64,000 bases of DNA from Candidatus Gottesmanbacteria bacterium (GCA_030679255.1 JAUXTO010000025.1:8719-72718), one strand, 5' to 3'; numbered from the stretch's first letter, positions 39,147 through 49,118 are shown. Numbers and translations: made by a program. The notes: generated by a model from the letters alone, not told the origin.

Positions 39147-40901
39147 ATGAAACGCATTCTTTCTCTAGCGATACTCGTAGGATTTCTTCTCTTTATTCCC
39201 AAGGCAGCCCTCCACGCCGAAGTTACCGGCCCGCCGGATATCACCACACGGGTTTCGCTGCCCAACTCCATAGATTTTGCCGAAATTGGAGAAAGAAACG
39301 GTGTCTCCTTTCTCTCCGGAATAAAACCTTTTTTTAATCCTACAATCGTCGGAGAAGTAGGATTTGAAGGAAGTTCGCAAAATAAACCCCAAGGCGACGT
39401 TCCGGTTGTATTTTCCTGGCTGGGTCCGCAGTTGAAACTAACCTATCCATTCCTGACCCCAGAGGCCATAGCCACGCGCATACAGCCGATCAATACGGAT
39501 TATACCTACACAACCACCTCAACCTTATGTCTTGCTTCAGATAATGATAATAAACAGGCATTTCCACTCAAGGAACGGATTGTCATGCCGGCGGAGGGAC
39601 TCTCTCAAACCATGGAAGCAGGCGTTATGCTCTCGGGGCTGCTTGCCCCGCAAGTTACCGTGACAAAAGATACCTATGAACACCTCAATGAACTCTTTCC
39701 AAATGTATTAGGATCTATCCTAAAAAATCCAGCCTGCGATCAACCGCCGCCTACTCGTGCTGTAGCCAAAGAGCGTGTTGGTGCTTCGTCTCCGGAAGAG
39801 TATACAGTTCCACCCGATAAACTTCCCGTATATTTATTTAACAAATGGATTTCATCTCTGCCGAAAATCGGCGCGCTATGCTCCGAAACTAACTGCAATC
39901 TCACGGCAAATCCCATGTTTGACCTTCTGCTCAAGACGAAGATACCCTACATCGGAGAGATTTCAAAAAATCTGATGAATGACCCGCTCGATCCGAATAG
40001 TAAGCAGGTCGGCGCTTTGGCAACATTTGTATCAGATAGGTTTTCTATTCAAAACCGGCATGGTGCAGTGACCAATCAAATTATCGAACAAACCATCAAA
40101 TCAAGCAGTGAACCGTTGAAAACTCCCATAAACTATGCACTTGCCAAAACCGCTCAAGATTATTATCAATTTACTAATTGCTCGGTCTACCCCGACTCGC
40201 TTCAGTCCACGAAACTCGACTACAGCTGTAACTTTTCTGAAAATGATGCGACTTCTGATAGGTCGCTTGCTGGTTGGTATACAGATAGTAAACCGCTTGA
40301 TTCAAACTTCTCCTCAAATGTCTTTCAACAATCTACGCAAGACGAGATCAGGCTAGCAACCGATCGCAAAATCCCCGCCTGCGTCTTGGAAGCCGTCAAA
40401 TATATCGAAACTGGTACGCAAACAGATTTTTCCGGCGCCTGCCCAGTGAACGAATGTAGTGCCGCCGGCCCCTATCAAGTCACGACGGGAGCGGCTCCCG
40501 CAAGTGGTGGCGGATGGGATACAAAATGCACTCAATGTCCAGGTCCGGATTGGAGTAAAGGTATCAAAGATTGCCCGGATGGATGGCCAGGAGATTGGCC
40601 AAAAAATCAGAGCAATCCTTCACCATGTAGCGATACAAAGGCTGCCGCGCGGCGCGCCGTTGAGATGCTCCAGGAAAAAGCGGTAATACGATGCGAAGTA
40701 CTAAATGAACAACCGACGAGAGAAGCCATCATTACTGCCGCCGGGAGTTATTATGGAAGTAATGAGCGAGTTGCCCGCCTCGGAGGCTGTTCATACGGAG
40801 AATTTGTCTACAAGCATTGCGATGGCTCGTATGTCTGCGGTACGAAAAATGTAGATCTTGGAGTAAAATACGAACAGTGTCAGGCAAAAAAGAAACTCTG
40901 A
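39147..40901 (+). CDS. Secreted Cys-rich protein with C-terminal lysozyme/SLT-like domain
   Basis: Signal peptide; IPACVLEAVKYIE and SAAGPYQ resemble SLT motifs. Confidence 0.6.
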   Translation: MKRILSLAILVGFLLFIPKAALHAEVTGPPDITTRVSLPNSIDFAEIGERNGVSFLSGIKPFFNPTIVGEVGFEGSSQNKPQGDVPVVFSWLGPQLKLTYPFLTPEAIATRIQPINTDYTYTTTSTLCLASDNDNKQAFPLKERIVMPAEGLSQTMEAGVMLSGLLAPQVTVTKDTYEHLNELFPNVLGSILKNPACDQPPPTRAVAKERVGASSPEEYTVPPDKLPVYLFNKWISSLPKIGALCSETNCNLTANPMFDLLLKTKIPYIGEISKNLMNDPLDPNSKQVGALATFVSDRFSIQNRHGAVTNQIIEQTIKSSSEPLKTPINYALAKTAQDYYQFTNCSVYPDSLQSTKLDYSCNFSENDATSDRSLAGWYTDSKPLDSNFSSNVFQQSTQDEIRLATDRKIPACVLEAVKYIETGTQTDFSGACPVNECSAAGPYQVTTGAAPASGGGWDTKCTQCPGPDWSKGIKDCPDGWPGDWPKNQSNPSPCSDTKAAARRAVEMLQEKAVIRCEVLNEQPTREAIITAAGSYYGSNERVARLGGCSYGEFVYKHCDGSYVCGTKNVDLGVKYEQCQAKKKL

Positions 40902-40962
40902 CTTTACAACACCAAAGTATTTTGATAGGATTATCCCAGTAACCCCGGGAGGGGTTTTTGAT

Positions 40963-41080
40963 TAGTTAGTTAACGAATGAATTCCGATTCGCGAGTTTAC
41001 TAACTATCAATCCCGTACCAGCGCTCTTAGCGGGCGCGTCGGCTGTAAGCCTCCGATACGAAGGAAGCTTGGTACTGGGA
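40963..41080. ncRNA. Unknown two-hairpin structured element, copy 1
   Basis: Shares motifs and covarying stems with 47151-47260. Confidence 0.55.
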
Positions 41081-41092
41081 TATATAATTACT

Positions 41093-41311
41093 ATGCAAAC
41101 ACCTGCCAAACCGGGCCTTCCGACGATTGCCAACCCAGTACAATTTGTGCGGGAAGTGATCACGGAACTTAAGAAAGTTACCTGGCCGACGCGCTCCGAA
41201 GTCGTCAAGCTGACGGCCGTCGTCATTGCCCTTTCGTTCATCGTCGGTGCATTCATCGGCACACTGGATGTGACATTTTTGAAAATCGAAACGCTGTTAC
41301 TGAAAAGATAA
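41093..41311 (+). CDS. secE: Preprotein translocase subunit SecE
   Basis: ELKKVTWP. Confidence 0.95.
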   Translation: MQTPAKPGLPTIANPVQFVREVITELKKVTWPTRSEVVKLTAVVIALSFIVGAFIGTLDVTFLKIETLLLKR

Positions 41312-41313
41312 GT

Positions 41314-41904
41314 ATGGATACTCAACCAACCGCATCTCTGTCAGAAGTCTTAGCCACACCGGCGCCAATCGTGCCACCGGCCAATTCCAAATGGTACGTG
41401 GTCCACACCTACTCGGGGCACGAAAATAAAGTCGCAACAAATCTCCGGCAGCGCATCGAAACGATGAAGCTTGAGGCCAAAATCTTTGACATCATCGTCC
41501 CGACTCGAAACACCGTTGTTGTGCGCCACGGCAAAAAAGAAGACATCAAAGAAAAAATCTTTCCCGGATACATCATCGTCCGGATGGTCCTCGATGACGA
41601 ATCCTGGCTAGCCGTACGGACGACCCAAGGAGTGACGGCATTCGTCGGAGCCGGTAATAAACCGACGGCCATCTCGGAGAAAGAAGTTGAGACAATCAAG
41701 AAATTTATGGCGCTTGAAGCGCCCAAGTACAAAGCGGCATTTAGCGTCGGCGAAGCCGTCAAAATCATCGACGGCCCCTTCGCTGATTTCCTGGGATCGA
41801 TTGACACGATAGATGAGGCCAAAGGAAAAGTGAAAGTCCTCGTCTCCATCTTCGGCCGCGAGACCCCGGTCGAACTCGACTTCCTGCAGGTAGCTAAGCT
41901 CTAA
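41314..41904 (+). CDS. nusG: Transcription factor NusG
   Basis: WYVVHTYSGHE, FPGY, KOW, FGRETPVEL. Confidence 0.97.
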   Translation: MDTQPTASLSEVLATPAPIVPPANSKWYVVHTYSGHENKVATNLRQRIETMKLEAKIFDIIVPTRNTVVVRHGKKEDIKEKIFPGYIIVRMVLDDESWLAVRTTQGVTAFVGAGNKPTAISEKEVETIKKFMALEAPKYKAAFSVGEAVKIIDGPFADFLGSIDTIDEAKGKVKVLVSIFGRETPVELDFLQVAKL

Positions 41905-42338
41905 TGTTTATGCCTCTAGAACACCCCAAATATCCAGACTGGAATAGACTAGGCGTTCCCCCCGAACCAATGCCAAAGCATGATTATGAATTTTTTGACG
42001 GAAGTTTTTTTCAATTGCCCACCCATGACCCTAATTTTGAAGCTGACCATCGACAATGGGTTGAAAATCTTTCCCCAAAACATCGAGCGATATATGATGA
42101 ATATCTGCTAAACGTGAGGAATTGGGTAGAACAGGGTGAAAATGAATTACGAGCAATGCAAGATGCGGAATATGAAGCGTCCGGACTTGAAGCTGGAGTG
42201 AACACACCCCACGAGTTACAAGTAGCACGCAATCAAGCTATACTTTTTAAAACGTTAGACCAAATACGAACTGAAGCAAATGGACGTGAGGCTAATGCGC
42301 AATTAGAGGACTTTTTTCGTCACCGATCAGAGAGCTAG
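41904..42338 (+). CDS. Hypothetical protein (ORFan)
   Basis: 144-aa ORF after nusG. Confidence 0.55.
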   Translation: MFMPLEHPKYPDWNRLGVPPEPMPKHDYEFFDGSFFQLPTHDPNFEADHRQWVENLSPKHRAIYDEYLLNVRNWVEQGENELRAMQDAEYEASGLEAGVNTPHELQVARNQAILFKTLDQIRTEANGREANAQLEDFFRHRSES

Positions 42339-42433
42339 CGTGTCCCCTGCCCGGATTGCAGGGGGAAATTTGATGATTCTCACAATCCTAATACCGTTAA
42401 CAACTTACAGTATATATCCGCTATAATACTAGT

Positions 42434-42658
42434 ATGTCTGAAAATGATGGACCAGAAGTGGTTATGGTTGAGGAAACAGATGCAGGATTAACAACTGATG
42501 CGATTAAGGCAATGAAAGATACAGGAAAAGTTGAATTTTATGCAGACGCAAGCGCAAAGCTTACCGGAAGAAAACAGGCTCAACTCCATACAAGAATGCC
42601 TTGGCTGAATCGTTTATTTAGTCGAGTAAAATTAAGACCTCCAGATGAAAATAGCTAG
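42434..42658 (+). CDS. Hypothetical protein (ORFan)
   Basis: TATAAT shortly upstream of ATG. Confidence 0.5.
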   Translation: MSENDGPEVVMVEETDAGLTTDAIKAMKDTGKVEFYADASAKLTGRKQAQLHTRMPWLNRLFSRVKLRPPDENS

Positions 42659-42945
42659 CCACCAATTTCCCGCCGGCGAGGACAATTTGCGCAAGGTTTC
42701 ATTTCACATGCCTCTTCCCATGCTTCGTCTGCAGTCGCTTTAATTTTTGCTGCTGCTTCACCTGTTTCTATAGCATTATTATGATCAATTGAATCAACAT
42801 TTTCTTCCCAAGTCTGATCAGCGAGTTCATTGAGTGTTTCTGCCCACCCTAAAGTGTTAGTTATGGCGCAACTCCCATTTACCGTAAATAAACAATGTGG
42901 TTCATTCGTCCCTCCAGCTTGCGTTGAAGACGCTTGATCGTTCAT
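42655..42945 (-). CDS. Hypothetical protein (ORFan)
   Basis: Acidic ORF with Cys pairs. Confidence 0.5.
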   Translation of the reverse strand: MNDQASSTQAGGTNEPHCLFTVNGSCAITNTLGWAETLNELADQTWEENVDSIDHNNAIETGEAAAKIKATADEAWEEACEMKPCANCPRRREIGG

Positions 42946-43146
42946 ATACAGAAAGTATATCATAATTTCTATGTATTTCCTATAGGTCTATTGCATTAAT
43001 TTTCTGTCTCGTGCTATACTTCCACTACCACAAAAATGTGGGAGAGACCGGGAGAGGTTTCGGACAATCAGTATCATAAACTTCACTGATATTCTTCGTT
43101 TCCTCTTCCTAATAATTAAGTAGCTAACTAACCAATAACTATTTAT

Positions 43147-43572
43147 ATGGCAGTTAAAAAGATAAAAACAACGATCACGCTCCAGCTCAAAGCCGGAGAG
43201 GCAACGGCTGCCCCGCCCGTGGGGCCGGCTCTCGGACAGCATGGACTCCCGATCATGGAGTTTGTGAAGGCGTATAACGAAAAGACGGCCAAACTCAAAG
43301 GCGACATCATCCCGGCCGTCATCACGGTGTACGTCGACCGCACGTTCTCTTTCATCACCAAGCTCCCGCCGGTTTCGGCGATGATCAAAAAAATGCTTAA
43401 ACTCGATAAAGGCGGCGGCAAAGCAGGCCGGGAAGTGGCCGGTAAACTCACAAAAGAACAGCTCACTCAAATCGCCACCGATAAACTCGCTGATCTTAAC
43501 ACCGACTCTGTCGAAGCGGCCGAAAAGGTCGTCGCAGGAACGGCGAGGAGTATGGGAATACAAATCGAATAA
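43147..43572 (+). CDS. rplK: 50S ribosomal protein L11
   Basis: APPVGPALGQHG, GTARSMG. Confidence 0.97.
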   Translation: MAVKKIKTTITLQLKAGEATAAPPVGPALGQHGLPIMEFVKAYNEKTAKLKGDIIPAVITVYVDRTFSFITKLPPVSAMIKKMLKLDKGGGKAGREVAGKLTKEQLTQIATDKLADLNTDSVEAAEKVVAGTARSMGIQIE

Positions 43573-43573
43573 A

Positions 43574-43639
43574 GTCTTCAGTCGTCAGTCTTCAGTCATC
43601 AGATAATCTGATAGCTGATAGCTGATAGCTGATAGCTGA
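43574..43639. repeat. 7-mer tandem repeats between rplK and rplA
   Basis: GTCTTCA-GTCGTCA-GTCTTCA and (CTGATAG)n. Confidence 0.8.
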
Positions 43640-43643
43640 AAAC

Positions 43644-44510
43644 ATGGGAAAAATCAGAGTCGCCACACTGGGCGATGAATCAGAAAAGGAACAAAAACGC
43701 AGGGCCGATGCCCGGCGCCAGACCAAAAAAAGCAAGAAAGCTAAGGTCGAAGGCGTCGGCATGAAGGGCGGCGAGCGCGTGGCGGTCGTCGAAGGCGGAG
43801 ACATCAACCCGGAGTTTAAAAGGCTTGTGGCAGAAGTGGAAGCAGGATCCGCCTCCGCCGACGCTACGGCGGGCGAAGCAAAGAAAAAAAAGGAAAGGAA
43901 AGCGAAAGTCCGTTCTAAACGCTACAAGGAAGTGGCAGGGATGGTCGATAAAACCAAACTCTATCCGCTGACCGACGCCGTGGCCCTCGTCAAAAAAACG
44001 AGCGTCACGAAATTTGACGGCACCGTGGAACTCCATATCAATCTCAATCCCATGAGCTTGGGCGATGCCAAAGGCGACTACCGGGGATCAGCAAGTCTCC
44101 CTCACGGCACGGGCAAAGAAGTAAAGGTGGCGATCGCCGACGATGCGCTCCTTACGAAAATCGAAGCCGGAACCATAGACTTTGACGTCCTGGTCTCCCA
44201 CCCCTCTATGATGGCCAAACTTGCTAAATACGCCCGCGTATTAGGTCCCAAAGGCCTCATGCCCAATCCAAAAAACGGCACCGTATCGCCGGATCCGGAA
44301 AAACGAGCTAAAGAACTCGCCCACGGACAAGTTAATTTCAAAGCCGAACCAGGGATCCCGATCATCCACATGGGGATCGGCAAGGTGAGCTTTGAAGATA
44401 CGAAGCTGATCGAAAATATTCAGGCTATCCTTACGGCAATCGGAACCCATAAAATATCCCGCGTGACCATCGCCTCCACCATGGGGCCGGGCGTCAAGTT
44501 GCAACTGTAA
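43644..44510 (+). CDS. rplA: 50S ribosomal protein L1 with long N-terminal extension
   Basis: KFDGTVE, LPHGTG, LGPKGLMPNPKNGTV, STMGPG. Confidence 0.95.
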   Translation: MGKIRVATLGDESEKEQKRRADARRQTKKSKKAKVEGVGMKGGERVAVVEGGDINPEFKRLVAEVEAGSASADATAGEAKKKKERKAKVRSKRYKEVAGMVDKTKLYPLTDAVALVKKTSVTKFDGTVELHINLNPMSLGDAKGDYRGSASLPHGTGKEVKVAIADDALLTKIEAGTIDFDVLVSHPSMMAKLAKYARVLGPKGLMPNPKNGTVSPDPEKRAKELAHGQVNFKAEPGIPIIHMGIGKVSFEDTKLIENIQAILTAIGTHKISRVTIASTMGPGVKLQL

Positions 44511-44534
44511 GCCATTCTCCCGTACTATAGACCA

Positions 44535-46103
44535 ATGGTCCCTCTTTTCGTCTCTTTGTGGAATAAGATGCTCTACGCGACACTCCTATTCCGGTTAAGA
44601 CTTCTCAACGTCCACGACAGTACTATCCCGATAGATGAACCCGGCGTCATCGTTATACAAATTGATGGATTGGGCCATGACGTCCTGGTTCAGACCATGA
44701 AACGTGGAGCCGCCCCGTTTCTCCGATCACTCATACGTCGAAATAGATATACATTCGGCTCATACTTCTGCGGTGTCCCGTCTATTACGACTGCTGTAGA
44801 AGCCGAACTCATCTTTGGAAAAAGTGACCAAATCCCCGCCTATAGTTGGTTTCACCGCAAACTCGGTAGATTTATCCGGGGAGACACGGCAGGTCAAGCC
44901 AAACTCCTGGAAGAAACAATGTTTGCCGGGGTCACCCATCCGCTTATCAAAAACGGATCAGGGATCGCGAGCGCCTATTCGGGACGCGCAACGATGACGA
45001 ATATCTCCCCGCAGTCACAGGCCGAAAAAAGCCAACTCCATCGCTACGTACGCCTCCGGATGCTCCTCGTTCCGCTTCTCAATCCGTTCCGCTTTTGGCG
45101 TATGATTCTCGTTCTTGCCGGTTCCGTCATAGTTATGATAGTCCAAGCAATAAAAAATAAATCAAAAACGCTCTTTTGGGATGAATTTTGGACCCTCGTT
45201 ATCCGGTTATTCCTCTGTGATTTAGCGGTGGCTATCGCCGTTAATGATCTTTGGCGCAAAACACCGGCACTGTTTATCAATCTTTCGCTTGTGGATAAAG
45301 TGAGCCATACGCATGGTATACGCAATCGTATTGTCTCCCAGTCTATCCGCCTCATCGACCTCTACTGCAAAAAGCTCTACGACAGCGCGCGGGTGGCCAA
45401 ACGCAAGTATCAATACATTGTCCTCTCCGACCACGGACAATCCCCCGGGATTCCATTTGAAACCATCACAGGGGAAACACTTCCTCAGCTTGTCAATCGC
45501 GGGATAGGTGATGACGGCCCCAAAACCCTCCTCACCTATGGCAATGAGGATACACTCGCTCAAAATAAAACATCTGATACGATCTTTGCTCTGCCCTCAA
45601 GTAGTATCGCGCATCTCTATTTTTCCCGTTGGTTACCCGACCAAGCTACCCGAGAAACGATCGAAAAATACTTTCCCAATCTCATCCCCACGCTTATGAC
45701 TCACCCCGGCATCGGATGGATCATGGTGAAAAATAATGACGGGACGACCACTCTTCTCGCACAAAACAATGCGTCCGCGACATTTCAAAAAGGAGCCATT
45801 TCTTCCGTACACGGTAAACCGATAAATCTTCCGGATGCAAAATTACTTCTCTCAGCGCTCGCACGGCTTTCGACGTGCGACAATAACGGTGACCTCGTCC
45901 TTTTTGGGGGGAAATACGGCAATGCGTGGGCCTCCTTTGAACCCTACATTGGCACGCACGGCAGTTTTACCGGAGAGATGGTCAAACCTTTTCTGTTGAC
46001 CAATGACCCCAAATTGAGTACACTCCTCACAAACGGCGCCTCGTACCGCGATTTGTTTAAAAGGATTCGGGAGATGAGAGGAAAAAAATCAGATATTGCG
46101 TAA
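44535..46103 (+). CDS. Alkaline phosphatase/phosphodiesterase family membrane protein
   Basis: QIDGL, PSIT, DKVSH, VLSDHGQ, THGS. Confidence 0.8.
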   Translation: MVPLFVSLWNKMLYATLLFRLRLLNVHDSTIPIDEPGVIVIQIDGLGHDVLVQTMKRGAAPFLRSLIRRNRYTFGSYFCGVPSITTAVEAELIFGKSDQIPAYSWFHRKLGRFIRGDTAGQAKLLEETMFAGVTHPLIKNGSGIASAYSGRATMTNISPQSQAEKSQLHRYVRLRMLLVPLLNPFRFWRMILVLAGSVIVMIVQAIKNKSKTLFWDEFWTLVIRLFLCDLAVAIAVNDLWRKTPALFINLSLVDKVSHTHGIRNRIVSQSIRLIDLYCKKLYDSARVAKRKYQYIVLSDHGQSPGIPFETITGETLPQLVNRGIGDDGPKTLLTYGNEDTLAQNKTSDTIFALPSSSIAHLYFSRWLPDQATRETIEKYFPNLIPTLMTHPGIGWIMVKNNDGTTTLLAQNNASATFQKGAISSVHGKPINLPDAKLLLSALARLSTCDNNGDLVLFGGKYGNAWASFEPYIGTHGSFTGEMVKPFLLTNDPKLSTLLTNGASYRDLFKRIREMRGKKSDIA

Positions 46104-46134
46104 AAGTTAGTATCTCTGCTATACTTGTCATTAT

Positions 46135-46206
46135 CCTAAAGACCGTAGGTGGAGCCAAGCGACATCCCGAGCGAACGCGAAGGACCTCCATAAATCCTAC
46201 CGAGGG
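46135..46206 (+). promoter_or_regulatory. L10 ribosomal protein leader
   Basis: AAGACCGTAGG...TAAATCCTACCGAGG upstream of rplJ. Confidence 0.85.
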
Positions 46207-46211
46207 AACAT

Positions 46212-46724
46212 ATGGCTACACAAAAGAAAATCGATACCGTTACTCTCCTCAACGATAAAATCTCCCGTGCTAAATCCATGGTATTCGTCGACTACCGCGG
46301 CCTCAAGCATAAACAGATGGAGGAACTCCGACGGACGCTCAAAAAGCACCAAGGAGAGCTCACGGTTGCCAAAAACCGGCTCCTCCTGCGAAGCCTCTCG
46401 GATAAAGCCGAGTCACTCAAATCCGTCCTCTCCGATACCACCGCGACCCTATTCGCTTACGCAGACGAAGTTGCCCCGCTCAAAGAACTCCTGAAATTCC
46501 TTAAAGTAGCAGGGTTCGGAAAAACGAAGGGTGGACTTCTTGGCAATGCAGTGCTTACCGACGCAGAAGTGACGAGGCTTGCGGTACTCCCCACGCGGGA
46601 CGTCCTATTAGGAAGATTGGTCGGGCAACTTAATGCACCGATTCAGGGCCTCCACTATGCGTTATCTTGGAATATCAACAAGTTCGTGTGGGCGCTCAAT
46701 GCGATTCAATCTAAAAAGAACTGA
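46212..46724 (+). CDS. rplJ: 50S ribosomal protein L10
   Basis: DYRGL, VAKNRL, LPTR. Confidence 0.95.
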   Translation: MATQKKIDTVTLLNDKISRAKSMVFVDYRGLKHKQMEELRRTLKKHQGELTVAKNRLLLRSLSDKAESLKSVLSDTTATLFAYADEVAPLKELLKFLKVAGFGKTKGGLLGNAVLTDAEVTRLAVLPTRDVLLGRLVGQLNAPIQGLHYALSWNINKFVWALNAIQSKKN

Positions 46725-46741
46725 AAGTGAGGTGAGTTATT

Positions 46742-47131
46742 ATGGCAAAACTAACAAAAGATGAAATTATGAAGGCGGTAGAAGAGATGACCGTTTTGGA
46801 ACTTTCCGATTTGGTCAAAGCTTTGGAAGAAAAATTCGGCGTATCCGCAGCCCCAGTGGCAGTCGCAGGCGCGGCAGCACCGGCATCAGCTGACGCAGGT
46901 GAACCAAAAGAGGAACAGACGGTCTTTAATGTTATGCTTTCAGAAATGGGCGCCAACAAAATCGGCGTCATTAAAGCAGTCCGTGAACTCGTCCCGACGC
47001 TCGGACTTCAGGAAGCCAAGACTCTCGTTGAGTCAGCTCCAAAAGAAGTATTAACGGGTGTCAATAAAGCGACGGCAGAAGAAGCCAAGAAAAAACTGGA
47101 GACAGCCGGTGCTAAGGTAGAACTCAAATAA
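46742..47131 (+). CDS. rplL: 50S ribosomal protein L7/L12
   Basis: [25 protein letters not shown]. Confidence 0.97.
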   Translation: MAKLTKDEIMKAVEEMTVLELSDLVKALEEKFGVSAAPVAVAGAAAPASADAGEPKEEQTVFNVMLSEMGANKIGVIKAVRELVPTLGLQEAKTLVESAPKEVLTGVNKATAEEAKKKLETAGAKVELK

Positions 47132-47150
47132 CAGATAGCGCAAGAAGAAG

Positions 47151-47260
47151 TGCCGTGGCAGTTTTCGAGTCATCGAGAAAATACTGCCGCGTGCATCCCG
47201 TATGAGCGCTCTTTCACGGCGAGGACGTAGACCTCGCGAGAAAGTAAGCTTCATACGGGG
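47151..47260. ncRNA. Unknown two-hairpin structured element, copy 2
   Basis: Covarying homolog of 40963-41080; flanked by CAAGAAGAA direct repeat. Confidence 0.55.
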
Positions 47261-47307
47261 CCAAGAAGAAACTGGAAACGGCAGATGCGAAAGTTGAATT
47301 AAAATAA
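47260..47307 (+). pseudogene. Duplicated 3' end of rplL
   Basis: [15 protein letters not shown] versus [15 protein letters not shown] (47084-47131). Confidence 0.85.
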
Positions 47308-47328
47308 TCAGTTATTTATTTTCTCTAT

Positions 47329-47358
47329 AAAAAATCCCGATGACTATCGGGATTTTTT
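47329..47358 (+). terminator. Intrinsic terminator after rplL
   Basis: AAAATCCCGAT-GACT-ATCGGGATTTTTT. Confidence 0.85.
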
Positions 47359-47989
47359 ATTATCTAGCCATCCTGGGGCATCTGAGGGGTCCTAGTGAAA
47401 ACGACGAAACCTGGCGCTCTAGGATAGGCAGTGCTAATAAGAATTTTACTCATGAGAGCAAAAGCCAGGCTTTTGGAAGATCAAAGCCTGGCTTTGAAGG
47501 ATCGATAGCGCTCTCCGGCCTCTTCTGCCAACCTACTGTCTATTGACTCATACTCTAGGCTGATCGAGTTTGATACACTCTGGCACGTACGGGAATGACG
47601 CGGAAGTTAGGTAATGACGTATAACGAACAAACTCTCCATTGCAAGTTGGGACGAATTCTCATAGTGAACATATTTACTGTTCATAAATCGCTAGCTTCA
47701 AATTTTCCGGGTATTTTCCGTCTCCAATACACATTTCTGTTTTCTAAACTACTAAAGGACGTTTATCGTAACGCAAAATCTTCCACAAACACTGAAAGGA
47801 TAGTACGGGTAGACAAATTCCCTACCCTTCCATAAATGATAAAATATTCGGCTTTTTCGCACACGTCGCAAAAATAATTCCCGAATGAACAAGTTATCCA
47901 CATTGCATCTCTTTGATCCCTCTTGACTTTGTTTGACCCCAGGTGTACTGTTACGACTGATATCGATACTGTCCAGAAAGTGAACTCCT

Positions 47990-48190
47990 ATGTCTCTCGG
48001 TGATGAATGGCCAGAACTATTAACCGTCCGTGAAGTCGCAAAAATACTGCGCGTCTCGCCTCTTACCATCAAACGATGGGGTAAACGCGGGAAGCTCCCA
48101 GCAATCCGCATTAACTCTCGCGGGGACCGGAGATACAAAAAGGAAGCCGTGATGTGGCTTTTGGGTATGCAACAAAAGGGCGCGTTATAG
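47990..48190 (+). CDS. Excisionase/MerR-like HTH protein
   Basis: LLTVREVAKILRVSPLTIKRW...G.L.....RGDRRY. Confidence 0.85.
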   Translation: MSLGDEWPELLTVREVAKILRVSPLTIKRWGKRGKLPAIRINSRGDRRYKKEAVMWLLGMQQKGAL

Positions 48191-49093
48191 CGCTACATGC
48201 TTTAGTATTTCTGAGGCAGAAACCGGATCCACGACATTCACATTAAGCCCCGTCCCCAACTCAAACCCTGCGCGGTGGATGAAACGCGGGATGATGCGGA
48301 TATACCAATTTACTCCGTGATACATATAAAAATTATAGCCAAAGGGCATCTCTGCATGATGGATAACTGACGCAGGATCATCATATACGGCCCGCACCCG
48401 ACGGAGCGCCTTCTGAAGTACCTCTGCTAAATCCGGGACCTCCTCATCCGTCAGATCCCCAAACTTAGTGCCTACGCCTTTGGGAGCAATCCAGACTTCG
48501 TAGGGCCACTGAGAAAAATCAGGACAGTAGGTACGGTAATACGTATTCTCTTCGACCACATTGGCCAACGGCTCACGGGAAAGGGTATCAAGATTTATCT
48601 GGCGCGGGACAACGACAAGTTGGCTATGCGGATGATTGAGGCTTGCTCCCGCGTGGAGACCGTGATTGCAAAATATCATCACCTGCCCGGTATCCTGATG
48701 CGTCCGGTAGCGCTGCCTGTAGGTCTCCATCACGCGTACAACCTGATCAAGAGGAAGATCTTCTAAATCTTTTTGATCATCCGTACTATGGATGATCACT
48801 TCATGGATATCGGTGATCGGATAGAGGTTGGGTACCACGCGCACGAGCCATCCCGGACCGTCTTTGACGCCTTCCCCAATCCGGAAGACTTCCGGAGGAG
48901 TAACGCTTTCATTACCCGGACAGAATGGACAGACATGGGTTTTAACCGGAGTGGCATCATCGGGCTTGCCCGCCGACCTGTCCACCGAAGCCTCGGCGGA
49001 GGAGGAAGCTTCAGCGAAGGTGGGGCGTTTAGTCCGGCTTGGCGCAATCACTACCCACCGCTGCGTTTTGACATCAGGAACGTATTTGGCCAT
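48185..49093 (-). CDS. galT: Galactose-1-phosphate uridylyltransferase-like protein
   Basis: CPFCPGNE, VVPNLYP, GASLNHPHSQ, AGFELG. Confidence 0.85.
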   Translation of the reverse strand: MAKYVPDVKTQRWVVIAPSRTKRPTFAEASSSAEASVDRSAGKPDDATPVKTHVCPFCPGNESVTPPEVFRIGEGVKDGPGWLVRVVPNLYPITDIHEVIIHSTDDQKDLEDLPLDQVVRVMETYRQRYRTHQDTGQVMIFCNHGLHAGASLNHPHSQLVVVPRQINLDTLSREPLANVVEENTYYRTYCPDFSQWPYEVWIAPKGVGTKFGDLTDEEVPDLAEVLQKALRRVRAVYDDPASVIHHAEMPFGYNFYMYHGVNWYIRIIPRFIHRAGFELGTGLNVNVVDPVSASEILKHVAL

Positions 49094-49118
49094 ATACTCA
49101 CAATACTACCAATATCCA

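Noticed and set aside
40963-41080. tRNA-Trp or SRP RNA upstream of secE
   Set aside because: No cloverleaf; AAGGAAGC is present but the CAGG/GNRA context of SRP is not.
47540-47612. Possible small RNA with short hairpins
   Set aside because: Stems too short, no second copy or known motif.
47600-47990. oriC
   Set aside because: Only one perfect DnaA box (TTATCCACA, 47894-47902) and no dnaA/dnaN nearby.
47990-48190. Prophage/ICE boundary implied by the excisionase-like gene
   Set aside because: No integrase or phage genes adjacent.
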